64,000 nucleotides of DNA, taken from contig OX597818.1 of assembly GCA_951406725.2 (NCBI GenBank), positions 8,680,001 through 8,744,000 on the forward strand, written 5' to 3'. Source of the stretch: Octopus vulgaris (taxonomy: Eukaryota). A program made the position numbers and the translations under genes. Positions 52,446-64,000 of this stretch are shown in pieces; position 1 is the stretch's first letter; every line of letters starts with the position of its first letter. The notes under the pieces were generated by a model. It saw nothing but the letters and a program-made list of their open reading frames with translations, did no database searches and had not been told where the DNA came from.

Positions 52446-54788
52446 GGCAGAGATTGTAACAGTTCATAATACACTTCTTTATCACCGAATTTTAAAACAT
52501 GTTTTAGAAACTTATACCAACTACAAGGTGGGAATGTATCAGAGTATAATTTAAAGTAGTAGTCTTACTAGGAAATGGTATTCAACCAGAATCTTTTACA
52601 TTGGTTAAACAATTTTATAGAACTGGATTCGATTGCACATTGTTTATACAGATATCTCATTTCATTTACTTAATATCTTGTTTTTTAGAAAAGCAAAACT
52701 CACAAATGAATACGAATAGAAACACAAATGACTAAATGTAAAATATAATTCACAAAGAGACCTTGCTAGGGATTGGTTTATAAAGATGTTCTATGAAAAA
52801 AGTGATAGAATGAGACATGAAAGAATCTAATGAAATTGATTTAGAAAAAAGAATCTATGGAACATGAGAAAGAAAAGGAAGTCTAGTATAAATTAGGAAG
52901 AAGAAAAAAAGAAAAAGAGGAGATAATAATAAGCGGATCAACAACAGAATCAAAGTCCGTAAAATTTTTGTTAGGTATGATGCAAAAGATCTATTGTGAA
53001 TATTTGCCAACAAACAGTATTATTCTTAACTTAATCTGTATGGCATTGTTAAAATAGGAAAAGACTCGCTAATAGACAATTCTTAGACAACTGTCGCCCA
53101 GTCGCAGTTCATGAAAAGTTGGTCAATCTCACTGGTGGTAGCATACAATGGTATGGACACAGAAGAATCATCTCTGAAAGAAGTAAATCTATAGAATATC
53201 AGAAAAGGTCATCCCTTGTCATTTCAGTAGTATTCAACAACCACTGAAGAATGAAGAAGCTATGTTTGGAGTTAACAGTAAATATCAATGACTGTATCAA
53301 TGAAGCTGGCTTTACTGTTCTTCGATGTGTATCCTTTGTTGAAAATGTTCTTCTGCAATGAAGCAATATACATGTAAATAGCTAATTACGTATCTAAATG
53401 GACAACGACAAAAAAAGTTTATTTTCATCCATTGTATATCTACTTACAACTTATCGTTGTGTTTTTTCTCCCATTTTCTCCCAGCTTTTCTTTAATTCAT
53501 TGATCTGTAACTTTATATAACATTCACTGTTTACACACATGTGCACACAAACACATACACACACACATACACACACACATTCACGAATAAATACAGAGAC
53601 TCACACAGATACATACAAATGTACTCGTGCGTATATGTGCTTGCTGTATGTATATATATATATGTGTGTGTGTGTGTATGTGTGCGTTCATGCATATAAA
53701 TATATATCTGTGTGTATGAGTGCGTACATGCATATAAATATATATCTACATATAGACACGTATATATGCACACACACACACACAGGTATATATGTAAACA
53801 AACGCAATAAAAGAAAAGGTAGTATAAACATTGATTGATCGTCTTCGTATGCTTTGCCGATTGAGGCAGCAGCTCTTTTATAGCTTTCATGAGGCAAATT
53901 CTTACAGAAATAATCGGAGGCTGCAGTGTTGGTTATCCTGTTCACATTCCAACTTATATTCGATGCGAATTCTCTTTATAGCTTGGGATCTTTCAGCTTT
54001 CTTTATTTAGTAATATTCTGCACGATTCCGCTACTGCCTGTCTACATAGTTAAGTTCTCTTCGCAGCCAAGTTGTTTTGCGTTCAGTTAAATAACGTGCT
54101 ACAGTGCCTTTTACTCAAAACCTGGGGCAACCAATGTCTTATGAGAGAATCGGGTAAATGAGAACTGCGATGTAGCTAATGATGTGTGTATGTGTGTGTT
54201 TGTGCGTATAAATGTATGCATGAATATATGTAAGTGCATCTTGAGTTTGACATGAGAACCGGTGTAGTTTTGTTCACGTCGTGGTAAAACAGAAGTTGAG
54301 TAAAAATGGCCGATGTAATTACTCTAATTTAAAATATGCGTTGAGATCAAATTATTTAACTAAATACTTGGAGGCCCTCATAAATTATGACGGCTGTCTA
54401 ACGATGGAAATACGTGAGATAATAAACAAATGAAAATCATCTATTTCATGCTGCTCATTTATAATCACGGGTGGAAAGATATTCTCATTTCGATAGCAAC
54501 GTGGGACAATTCTCAAATTCATTCATATTAATCTATATACATAGGGAATATAGGTCTCTGTATATCTAGATCTATATCTATACGTCTGTCGATCGATATA
54601 TCTACTTCTCTGTATTCGTAAATATCTACGTATATAAATGTATATGTGTGTATGCGTATACATATGTGTGTGTGTATGTATATGCATATATACATGTGTA
54701 TATGTGAATGCATGCATATATGCATGTGCATATTTTCGTTAGTGTGTATATTTATAGGTATGTGTACGTGTGTATATATATATATATA

Positions 54789-55085
54789 TCACATGATCAC
54801 GTGACCGACCAGACCATCAGATGGTGTTACACATCGCTGGTCACTATGCATTCGCATTGTTTTAGCCTTCGAATGACGTCACCCCGCTGGCTAGGCGAGC
54901 AGGCCAACAGAAGAAAGAGTGAAAGAAAGAGTGGTGAAAGAGTACAGCAGGGATCACCACCCACCGCCGGAGCCTCGTGGAGCTTTAAGGTGTTTTCGCT
55001 CAATAAACACCCACAACGCCCGGTCTGGGAATCGAAACCGCAATCCTACGACCGCGAGTCCGCTGCCCTAACCAGTGGGCCATTG
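54789..55085 (-). mobile_element. SINE sharing the family B head and body but with a different 3' tail
   Basis: First ~190 nt match 21465-21645, then unrelated tail ..CATCTGATGGTCTGGTCGGTCACGTGATCATGTGA. Confidence 0.88.
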
Positions 55086-55781
55086 TATATATGTGTGTAT
55101 ATATGTGTGTATGCGTATATGTGTATATTTGTACATAACTATATGTGCGTGTACGTATATATAGAAGGATGCATATGGCTGTTTATATGTTTATGATATG
55201 TGTATATATACGCGCGTGTGTATGTGTGTGTATTTATGTAACTATATGCGTTTTATATTGATTTCAGAATTTGGCTCAAGGCCAGCAATTTCGGGTGAGG
55301 GGATTATCCGATAAAGCCGATCCCAGTTTTCAACTGATATATCGACCCCGATGGGATGAAAGGCAAATTCCACTTCAGCAGAATATATATGTATTATATT
55401 ACAATATAATAATATACAGAATACATATATCTATCAAATATCATTCACGTTCACGCACTTATATATATTACCTCATCTACAAATTCACTTAGTAAATTAC
55501 TGTTATAATTATTAAAAGAATTTCCCTTATGCCATTAATAAATTCTCTTTATTTAAGGTTTAATATTTATTATTGCTTTTGGTGTAAATATATGTATCTG
55601 TCTTCAAGTACATACCTATTTAAAAATTTATGTACAATAAAAAGTATGCGTATATGTGTGTCGGTGTACATATGTAAATGAGTGTCTGGTTTCACTTTTT
55701 GCTTTGTGATTTTTGTTATGTATATAAAAAATTTTACTTTCCTTCCCCTAATAAAATTTTACTTTCCCTCCCCACAAATTA

Positions 55782-55838
<57 letters not shown>

Positions 55839-56249
55839 GTAAAGTTGTGTATATGAATTATGATATAAACAGCTGGTAGAACGGGCACAGGAGTACTGAG
55901 TGAGGCCACGTCTAAGCTGAGAGGATATTGGTTAATTCTAAATAGAATGATCATTAAGATATGGTCGACTTTTTCACCTTCTGGTTGGAGTTGTTTACGT
56001 ATTCTGGAAGTGTTTGTATAAGGCTTTGAGGATCTCATAAAGGAGTCAGCAAAATTTGTAAAACGGAGCGACAATTCTCGAGAATATAGGTCTGATATTA
56101 AGTTTGGACCCTCGTTTGTCGATCGTTGTTGTCACCATCATCATCATCATCGCCAGGTTTTCCTTCTTCTTCTTCTTCTTCTTCTTCTTCTTCTTCTTCT
56201 TCTTCTTCTTCTTCTTCTTCTTCTTCTTCTTCATTACGAGTCTGCCCTG

Positions 56250-56950
56250 CCCATTAGATCTAAAGCCGCATACGTGCAAAATGAAATCACACGCAAAAGC
56301 GACTGAAAACGTTATCAACGCCGAGCGGCTCCTCAAGAATTTAACACGCAATAGCTATCTGTCATTCGTAAGCAAACGACTACATCTATAAAACAGGAAA
56401 ACGAGTAAACCACATAAGAAGGCAAATAGACCCAAGCCTTTAAATGTGCTTCCTTAAACTGCTCTGCCTCGATGACAGAACAACTGCAGCTTTACAAATT
56501 GTGATCTGCAAGGCGATGTTCAACATGATGCACATTGCTTTATCGCTGAGGAAATTTCTCTGGGAGAATAATACCACTGATAGCACACTATATAATTGCC
56601 CCATCAATAACCTTAAAACATGCCCGAGGGTCTATATGATATACGATGAAGTCTTCAGTAAATGTGGGGCATCCTGTGTTCAGAACACCACCAAGAAATT
56701 GCACGCTCGTGTACAAGAACAAACACTTAAAAATAAACCCTAAAATGTGCCAGATTTTAATCTAACTATCAGGTCCACTCAATGTGACAGGGTAATCGCA
56801 GAGTTATGGAGATCCTCCTAAAAATAAACTGGGACCAGCTATTAACAACAAGAAAGGACTACGCGAATCAAACCGGTTACTATAACAACAATGTGCAAAT
56901 GTCACCTTCCTCACCATTCCCCTCCATACAAGTGATCAGCAGCTTTTCCA
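56250..56950 (+). mobile_element. Penelope-like GIY-YIG remnant
   Basis: MIYDEVFSKCGASCVQNTTKKLHARVQEQ resembles IY.F.C.C...YVG.T.R.L..R..EH. Confidence 0.45.
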
Positions 56951-57188
56951 TCCATCCCTTTCATATATTTCTTGAAGTAAACATTATAACCCCTAAACAT
57001 AGAAATACTTGGTTAATAGGAAATTTGCAATGATTGCTTTCCTTTCCTTTTCCTTTTGTAGTTTAAAAATCATTTTCAATACCACAAATAGCTTCATATA
57101 AACTACTCTTCGCGTTTGGCACAGTGGTTAGGATGCTGTAATCATGGACGCGCGATAGGAGATCCGTGGTATATATATACATGTGTAT

Positions 57189-57250
<62 letters not shown>

Positions 57251-57469
57251 GGAATAATTACTATGAAGCATTACGTGGCATTTCTTGAAAAATGGGGTCA
57301 TAAACCTAAAATATTGAATACAAGGAAAGTACATTAATTCACATGTTTCCTTGTGATGTACCTTGCATGTACCTTGCATTAACTTCGCATTGTTTTGGCC
57401 TTACCCACAATACCTTATACAATAATATATATATATAACAGAATGAGATAAAAATCCATATATATAAAA

Positions 57470-58190
57470 GAATGAGATAAAAAAGTCCAAGGTTGTGAAA
57501 GATTACAGAACATTTATAAACATAATGACTTATAGCTGTTTCCGGGATATTTTATAAATCCCTTCATCAGAGACGGTGCGAGAACATGGTTAAGCAATAG
57601 TTGTTATTATAGAGAAGATATGAAATGCAGAGTGAAGTGGAGGAAGGAAAATAGAAGTGAGATAATTAAGCATATTTTATCCGCCGTTTCATTATTTGAG
57701 CCGAATGGTGTATATAAGTTTCCTGTACCTTGTGTGTGGGTTCCAACGTTGCTTATAATTGTTCATTCAATGACCAGTTATATGCAACATTGGAACTTCC
57801 ACACAAGGTACAGTATTATTATTTTATCCGAAAGTCAATTAGAAAGGCGTCGACCTCATGTAGTTATTATTTTTATAATTTGACTGTCGGAAACATTGAG
57901 TCTTGAGTTATTACACGTTGTATCATTTACAGGCTTGTATATGTTTTACGTTTTGTGATCTCTTGTCAGCACATCGTTCAATGGTATGGTCCCTGTGAAT
58001 AGGATATGTTTCACCACATGCTGGTTAGGAGTGACTTAAGAGATTCCTGTTGGATATGTGAATTTGTCCTGTATCAGTATGTACGTTATCGTCCGCAGTT
58101 CTATTGCATCCTTTCTATACAACAGCCTCTTTTCCGCAAATGAATTTTTAACTCAGGGATATTTTATGTAGTTGTTTTAATATTAATATT
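57470..58190 (-). mobile_element. Penelope-like 3' terminal remnant
   Basis: Hammerhead near the end; terminus abuts TA-rich duplicated motif; weak GIY-YIG-like remnant upstream. Confidence 0.5.
57527..57574 (-). ncRNA. Minimal type I hammerhead ribozyme motif
   Basis: GTCT-CTGATGA-AGGGAT ttataaaat ATCCCG-GAAA-CAGCTA-TA-AGTC: canonical CUGAUGA/GAAA core, 5-bp stem II, near-palindromic stem III. Confidence 0.72.
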
Positions 58191-59574
58191 GAAATGACAA
58201 ACATTATTAGCAGTTAACCCAAACCTTTGCATGTCTTAATTTCGCGACTGTTGTTGATGATACTCTTGTAGCTTTTGTTAGACTGCAAGTAACTGACATC
58301 TCTTTCGCATTTCTACATTATGTAAATTTAAAAGATGCAATGACGAAATAACACCTTCGCCACTGGCTACCCAAGCGTAATAAAAGATATACGAATTCAC
58401 AAGAGTCGCAGTGCTGGGACATATATATCAGAACAATGCAACATAGAACTATAATGTAGTCCTCGAGATACTGTCGTTAAGAAAGGACAAGAGTGGAAAT
58501 TCCATCTGATCGACGAATTTATCCCAACAGATGCTAAGTCAGCGCTGAAAGTATTTTTTTTAAATATTTAAATATAAAGATCACAGCATAAAATAATTTG
58601 AATGTTAGGGCTGAAAATACAAATAAACTTTATAATAATTGTTGATTGGGAATTATCACAAAGTGTCCATAAAAATTCAGAAATAAAACACAAAAACATA
58701 CATATACAATCAACTCACAGAATATAAAATAATATCTACTACACTGACATTAGTTGCCAACTAAAACAAACAAAATGAAATGTATCTGCAGAAAGGATGA
58801 CACACAAAAATGCATTCAATAGTGTAGAGAAAGCACGCCATAGAAAGATTACTTAGCAACATTAATAATGGTATTGGTGTCATTGTTGTTGTTGTTGTTG
58901 TTATTGGTGATGGTGATGGTGGTGCTGGCGGGGGGTGATGTTGATGATGATAATGCAACATTAGTAGATATCTGGGATTGCTCATTTTTATAATTTGGAA
59001 TATTCTTCTAGTACTCTATCATTATTTTTGTATTTTTCCGGTTCCTTTATTAGTTTGAATGAAATCTACATAAAAGCATAAAGTAATCCGTTCTATGCAT
59101 GGATACACTCTTATATAGTTATTTTATTTCTAAGACATTGTCAGTCTTTTATTGCAACAATGACATATAGCTTAAGAGGAAAAGAAAACTTTCGCAAACG
59201 TAATAATATATGGAAAAAAAAACTATAAACCCGAATCACATGTGTAAGTGTTACTATGAATACGTAATACTTTCGTTACCTTGGTTACTTATCTCTCGGT
59301 AAAGAAAGAAAGCAAAAAAGAGACCACAATAATGGAAATCTCGGTAAAAGAATTATAGGTTACATTTTAAGATATATCGCTGAACACAAGAAAGAATAAT
59401 GTGTAAAAGAAAGAGATGTACATGAAGAGGGTTCCTGTATTTCTGTGAATGTGATTGTGAGTGTAAAGATGTGGAATTTCACACCGAGACGCGTGTGCGC
59501 GCTCACACACATGTGCACAGACACATGCACACTGGCAAATCCACGCATATATACACATATATACTGATATACAC

Positions 59575-59631
<57 letters not shown>

Positions 59632-59726
59632 GGCAAAACCAGGTACAAAAACGAACTCATTTTTTAGCTTACTTTTTCATTGAATGATCTTGGCACTATT
59701 AATTATTATTTTTTTTTAATAGTAGA

Positions 59727-59755
59727 AGGAGTGGCTGCATTGTAAGTAGCTTGCT
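59727..59755 (+). mobile_element. 5' piece (A-box region) of an interrupted family A SINE
   Basis: AGGAGTGGCTGCATTGTAAGTAGCTTGCT matches the start of family A; the continuation is at 63618. Confidence 0.8.
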
Positions 59756-61996
59756 AATAGGTTGCTTCAACGCATGTGCAAGTCAATGTGGTTTTGATAC
59801 CGAAGATTGAAGACGTGTTTTTGAAAACCGTCTTAACTTGAAGACTTTTGAATACTCAGCCGTAAGGTAAGAATTTTGGGGGTCTAGTGGGGACCTGTTG
59901 TATGTTGCAAATTATTTTTACAAGCAAGAAGTCCTCACTAGACTCTGGTCTACCTGAGGCTGAGTGAAAATATTCACTTAATTGTGAAAATTATTGGCTT
60001 GGTGGGCGTATCCTGCCAAACTTTCGTTTGAAAATAGTGTTAACCCTTTTGGATTACCTTTTGGACCAATTTTTGTGGAAGTTGTGTTCCAGTTGCGGCG
60101 TTCCAGGTTCAACTCAGGCCGGGAGTACCGTAGGGCCAGAAGATTTTTGCTGTGTTTTGCTGTTTATTGACTTTCTTTTGAACTTTATTTAACTCCCCTA
60201 TCTGTTTTTTTTTTGTTTATTGTGACTCTCCGTTGATTTCTTCCCTTCTGTTGTGCTTTCTCCCTTTTGTATCTTCCCTATTTTTTTCAAAAAATCTATC
60301 GAATTTTATTTGGACTTTTGAACTTTTTTCTTCTCGCTTTTTAAGTCTATTTTGAATATATTAAAAAAAAAACATGGCAATGAAAAATGACAAAATTTTG
60401 GAATGGGAGATTATACCGCCTAAAAAGTGGTTAAAAGACAGTGAAGATAGGACAGTGGTGTTGAGAACCTACTCCAAGGCACTCGACACCATCACCCTAT
60501 TCGAAAAGACGGCAATTGAAAAGGAGCTGGCAGAGTATTTGCCAACAATTAAATTCATTTCCAAGGGTGTCAGATATGCAACGGTGTGGTTGCTATTTGA
60601 CACTCGTGAAGAGGCTTGCAAATTTTCTTGTAAACCCCTACAGGGTAAGGAAATTTTATTTCTGCCCACGTACCATGGAAAGAGACTGATGAAAGCTTGG
60701 AACTGCGGGCTGCCATCCGGAATAAAACCCGAGTGGATAGAGAAGACTAGCCGCCGGGGTCTGGGTAGCAGCGGAACTAAGCTTCTTAATGTGAAAGTTC
60801 TTCCTGCGGCTGTTTGGGTTGGGTCAAAAGCAATTTTGACCCTTTGGACCCAATCAGCCAATCTGGTTCTTCCAGATTTTTGAAAATGGCCGGGTGCAGG
60901 TACCCGGTGATACTTGAGGGTCGCCCCCCTAGGTGTCATCGGTGCTTGGAGTCCGGCCATATAAAGAAAAACTGTCCCCGGGAACAAAATAGAATCCCGA
61001 AGCAGTTAAGTGAAATCCCTGTAGAAGAGGGAATGAAGACGGCCGAGGAAGCGGAGGACTCCTCAAACAGAGGCTGAAAGAGGAAGGTGAGCAACAATGG
61101 GTGCTCACCAAAGGATACTAGGGATGAGGAGAGAAAGGCGAATCTTCCGGCCACGGAGGAGGCACACCCTCCCTCAGCTGAAAAGAAAAAAAGAAAAAGA
61201 GGAAGAGAAACGGGACATTGCCGGCAGTCGGTGACATAGTACCGGAATGTCCCGGAACTACGTCGGTTGGGGTTGTGCCACCGACAGGAGAAGAAACACC
61301 ATTGGCGGGAACTGTGCCGCCAACGAAAGAATTGAATATCCCGCCCCCGAGGAAAAACGATGTATTGATCCTCTTCCATAGAGGCGGAGAAATTGAAAAG
61401 GTGATGGAAAAGTACCATAAGGGAGCACCTTTAGCCTTCACACAGAGTCCTGTGGTAGCTGTGGAGGCCGTGGCATTCGACGTGACGCTTGGGCTGAAGG
61501 AGCTCAATGAGGATTATAGCTTGGTCCCGGGCGACGCTAACACGGAACTCGATTACATTCTGAGGGAGGCGTGGTGGATGACGGAGGGTGCGGGCACAAG
61601 TTGTTTTGAGGACGAGTCATAAATTGTGATACGACTTGGGGGGCCCCAACCTAGAGCTGGCGCGTTCCTAAGGGAAGTGTAAGCCAGGTCAGGGAGGAGG
61701 GGCTTTGTGTATTGTATTTATATCATATGTAATTATTGAACTATGTCGTTGTTAGTAATAGACTGTTAAGTCCAAAAATTGAGAAGTTGTAAAAATTGTA
61801 AGAGGTTTAATACCTTGTTTGTGTTTGTTTTTAAAAGAACAATGTTTTAGAGAAACAGAAGTCGGCGGGCGCTTTTTGTCTTCTCCCATCCCCATCATCT
61901 TTCTTTCATTATCATTCATTTCATTAATGTCCTCGTCCAGCCCGCAAAGCTAACTTACTCTATGTACTGCCTTTATGGCAAATGTTATGAAATAAA
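59756..61996 (+). mobile_element. ORF1-only non-autonomous L1/Tx1-like retroelement, copy 1
   Basis: ~620 bp 5'UTR, ORF1 60374-61622, ~370 bp 3'UTR ending AATAAA, flanked by AAGTAGCTTGCT / AAGTAGCTTCCT. Confidence 0.8.
60374..61622 (+). pseudogene. Gag-like ORF1 (RRM-like region + CCHC zinc knuckle + low-complexity tail); two frameshifts and one stop
   Basis: Three ORF pieces 60374-60883, 60814-61077, 61218-61622; ATVWLLFDTREEA; GRPPRCHRCLESGHIKKNCP (CX2CX4HX4C). Confidence 0.8.
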
Positions 61997-62009
61997 GTAG
62001 CTTCCTTAC

Positions 62010-63619
62010 TACTATGTTGTTGACGCGTTTATTCTGCGCTGAGAAAATAACGTCATTCGACGTTGAAATTGAACATTTGAAGTATGACCACAGGTAAGGC
62101 TATTGTTTTTTGGAAGCTTAGTGAGCTCCATTGTCCGTATTGTTAATTATTTTTTCTAACAAGGGTCTCCACTGGATTCCAGAGATTTGTTTGCCAGTGG
62201 TCGTACTAAAAGATTCACTTTTTAGTAAAAATTGTGTGTTTTCGGGAGGAGAGTCCCTCCCAAAATTTATGATTTTATGTGACTGTGTGCACTTTGTGGA
62301 TTTTACCATTTCGAGTTCAACCAGAATTGGAGGAATTTCTGGCTGCTATTTTTGTGCTCCAAGGGATGTTTAACTGTGATACAAAGGATTACCAGAGTTC
62401 AATTTTGTTGTCATTTGAACGTTTGTTGTCTTCCTTCGTCCTTTTTTCTCTTGTCTGTCTTTCCGCTCTTTTTTGTGTTAGCATTAGAGACTTTTATTTG
62501 AACATTTTTGATTTTGTTGTGGACTTTTATATTATAGTTTATTTTAATAATATCAACCAAATGTAAGAAAACCTTCTAGTGGCAAATTGTGGCCTCCAAA
62601 CAGTGACTAAAAAACTATGATGAGAGAATGGTGGTGTTGCAGACCTATTGCAAGGTCCGCGACACCATCTGTGTATTCTCTCAGACTGAAATTGAAGTAG
62701 AGTCGGCGGGCTTACAGCCAACTTATAAGTTCATTCTTAGCAGTGCAAAGTACGCAATGGTGTGCGTGCTTTTCGACACACCTACGGTGGCTTAGAAATT
62801 TGCGAGCCAACATATAGCCAACATATATACCGTCGCCCGGTATAGAGGCTGTATGGATAGAAGATTCTCTTCGTCGAGGAATGGGTGGTAGCCCTGTCAG
62901 GTTCTCGAATGTAAAAATACTGCCTGCAGACGATTGGGTCGGGTCAAAAGCAATTTTAACCCTGTGGGTTCAATAGGCCGAAGATCTGGTTTTACCATAT
63001 TTCTTGATAATGGCCGGTTCCAGGCACCCAGTGATGATTGAAGGATGCCCCCCCCCACCAAGAGTCACCTGTGCCTGGAATCAGGACACATGAAGAAGAA
63101 CTGTTGCCGGAACCTGGCAAAGGTCCAGGAACAGTTGATTAATGATAACTGTAATCCTCCTGGTCCCCAACAGAGCCCCCTGCTACTTCACTGGTGGCTA
63201 CATTGGTACTGGAAAGAAAAGATTTTTCCCACAGGTCCAGATCCTTCCCAAAGGAGGACTAGAGATTACTTTTTTTGGCTCCGATTGGTGGTTGCAGGAA
63301 TACCTGCAGGCTGCAAAAGAGTTAATTGAGGGAGTAATGTAAGAGGTTTATCGCCTCCATATATATGTGTAGAAATTTTGGTTTCTTTGTGATGGACTTC
63401 TAGTCCAACTTTCTGTATATATTTGTAAGAGGTTTAATACCTCTCAATATGTTGTTTTTAACGAATATTGTTTTAGAGAAGCAGAGGTTCGGCGGGCGCT
63501 TTCTGTCTTCTCCTATCTTTATCATCTTGTATTATTATCATTCGCCTCATTAATGTCTTGTCCAGCCCGCAAAGCTACATATCTGCGTACTGCTTTTATG
63601 GCAAATGATATAAAATAAA
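62010..63619 (+). mobile_element. ORF1-only element, copy 2 (diverged, internally deleted)
   Basis: ORF1 remnants colinear with copy 1 (VVLQTY, WVGSKAILTLW, CLESGHMKKNC); 3'UTR 63420-63619 aligns with 61795-61996; ends AATAAA. Confidence 0.8.
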
Positions 63620-64000
63620 GTAGTTTGCTTACGAACTACATTGTTCCGGGTTCAGTCCACCGCGTAGAAACTTGGACAAGTGTCTTCTATCATAGCCTCG
63701 GGCTGACCAAAGACTTCTGAGTGGATTTGGTCGAAGGAAACTGAAAGAATTCCGTCGTATATATATATGTATATATATGTATGTGTGTATATGTTTGTGT
63801 GTCTGTGTTTTTCCTTCAACATCACTTGACAACCGATGCTGGTGTGTTTACGTTCCCGTAAGTTAGCGGTTCGACAAAGCGACCTATAGAATCAGTACTA
63901 GGTTTACAAAGAATAAGTCCTCGGGTCGATTTGCTCGACTAAAGACGGTGCTGCAGCATGGCAACAGTCAAATAACTGAAACAAGTAAAAGGGTAAGAGT
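63618..64000 (+). mobile_element. Remainder of the interrupted family A SINE
   Basis: AAGTAGTTTGCTTACGAACTACATTGTTCCGGGTTCAGTCC then the full family A body through the GTAAAAG tail. Confidence 0.9.

Noticed and set aside
51700-53400. Faint mariner-like and Penelope-like peptide traces
   Set aside because: Too degenerate to support by eye.
60469-61507. Minus-strand ORFs overlapping ORF1
   Set aside because: Antisense shadows of the GC-richer ORF1 with no motifs.

Overview
This is a very AT-rich eukaryotic (animal) repeat-dense region with no recognisable intact host gene. The SINE families and microsatellite load suggest a cephalopod such as Octopus (inference). It contains R4/Dong-like RLE LINEs sitting in (TAA)n tracts, many Penelope-like (RT + GIY-YIG) remnants with inverted terminal repeats and hammerhead-ribozyme motifs, mariner transposons, a decayed Gypsy element, CR1-like and Helitron remnants, and at least two tRNA-derived SINE families. 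Best finding: at 59.7-64.0 kb, two diverged ORF1-only elements (RRM-like + CCHC knuckle, no RT/endonuclease) are inserted in tandem at the same position inside the tRNA head of a SINE. The target AAGTAGCTTGCT is present three times, pointing to a site-specific, non-autonomous 'half-LINE' that parasitises SINE/tRNA heads. Also notable: a ~190-bp fold-back mini-element carrying a hammerhead ribozyme, recurrent non-canonical hammerhead cores, and a scrambled 28S rRNA mosaic. Most ORFs in the track are microsatellite translations. Boundaries of decayed elements are approximate.
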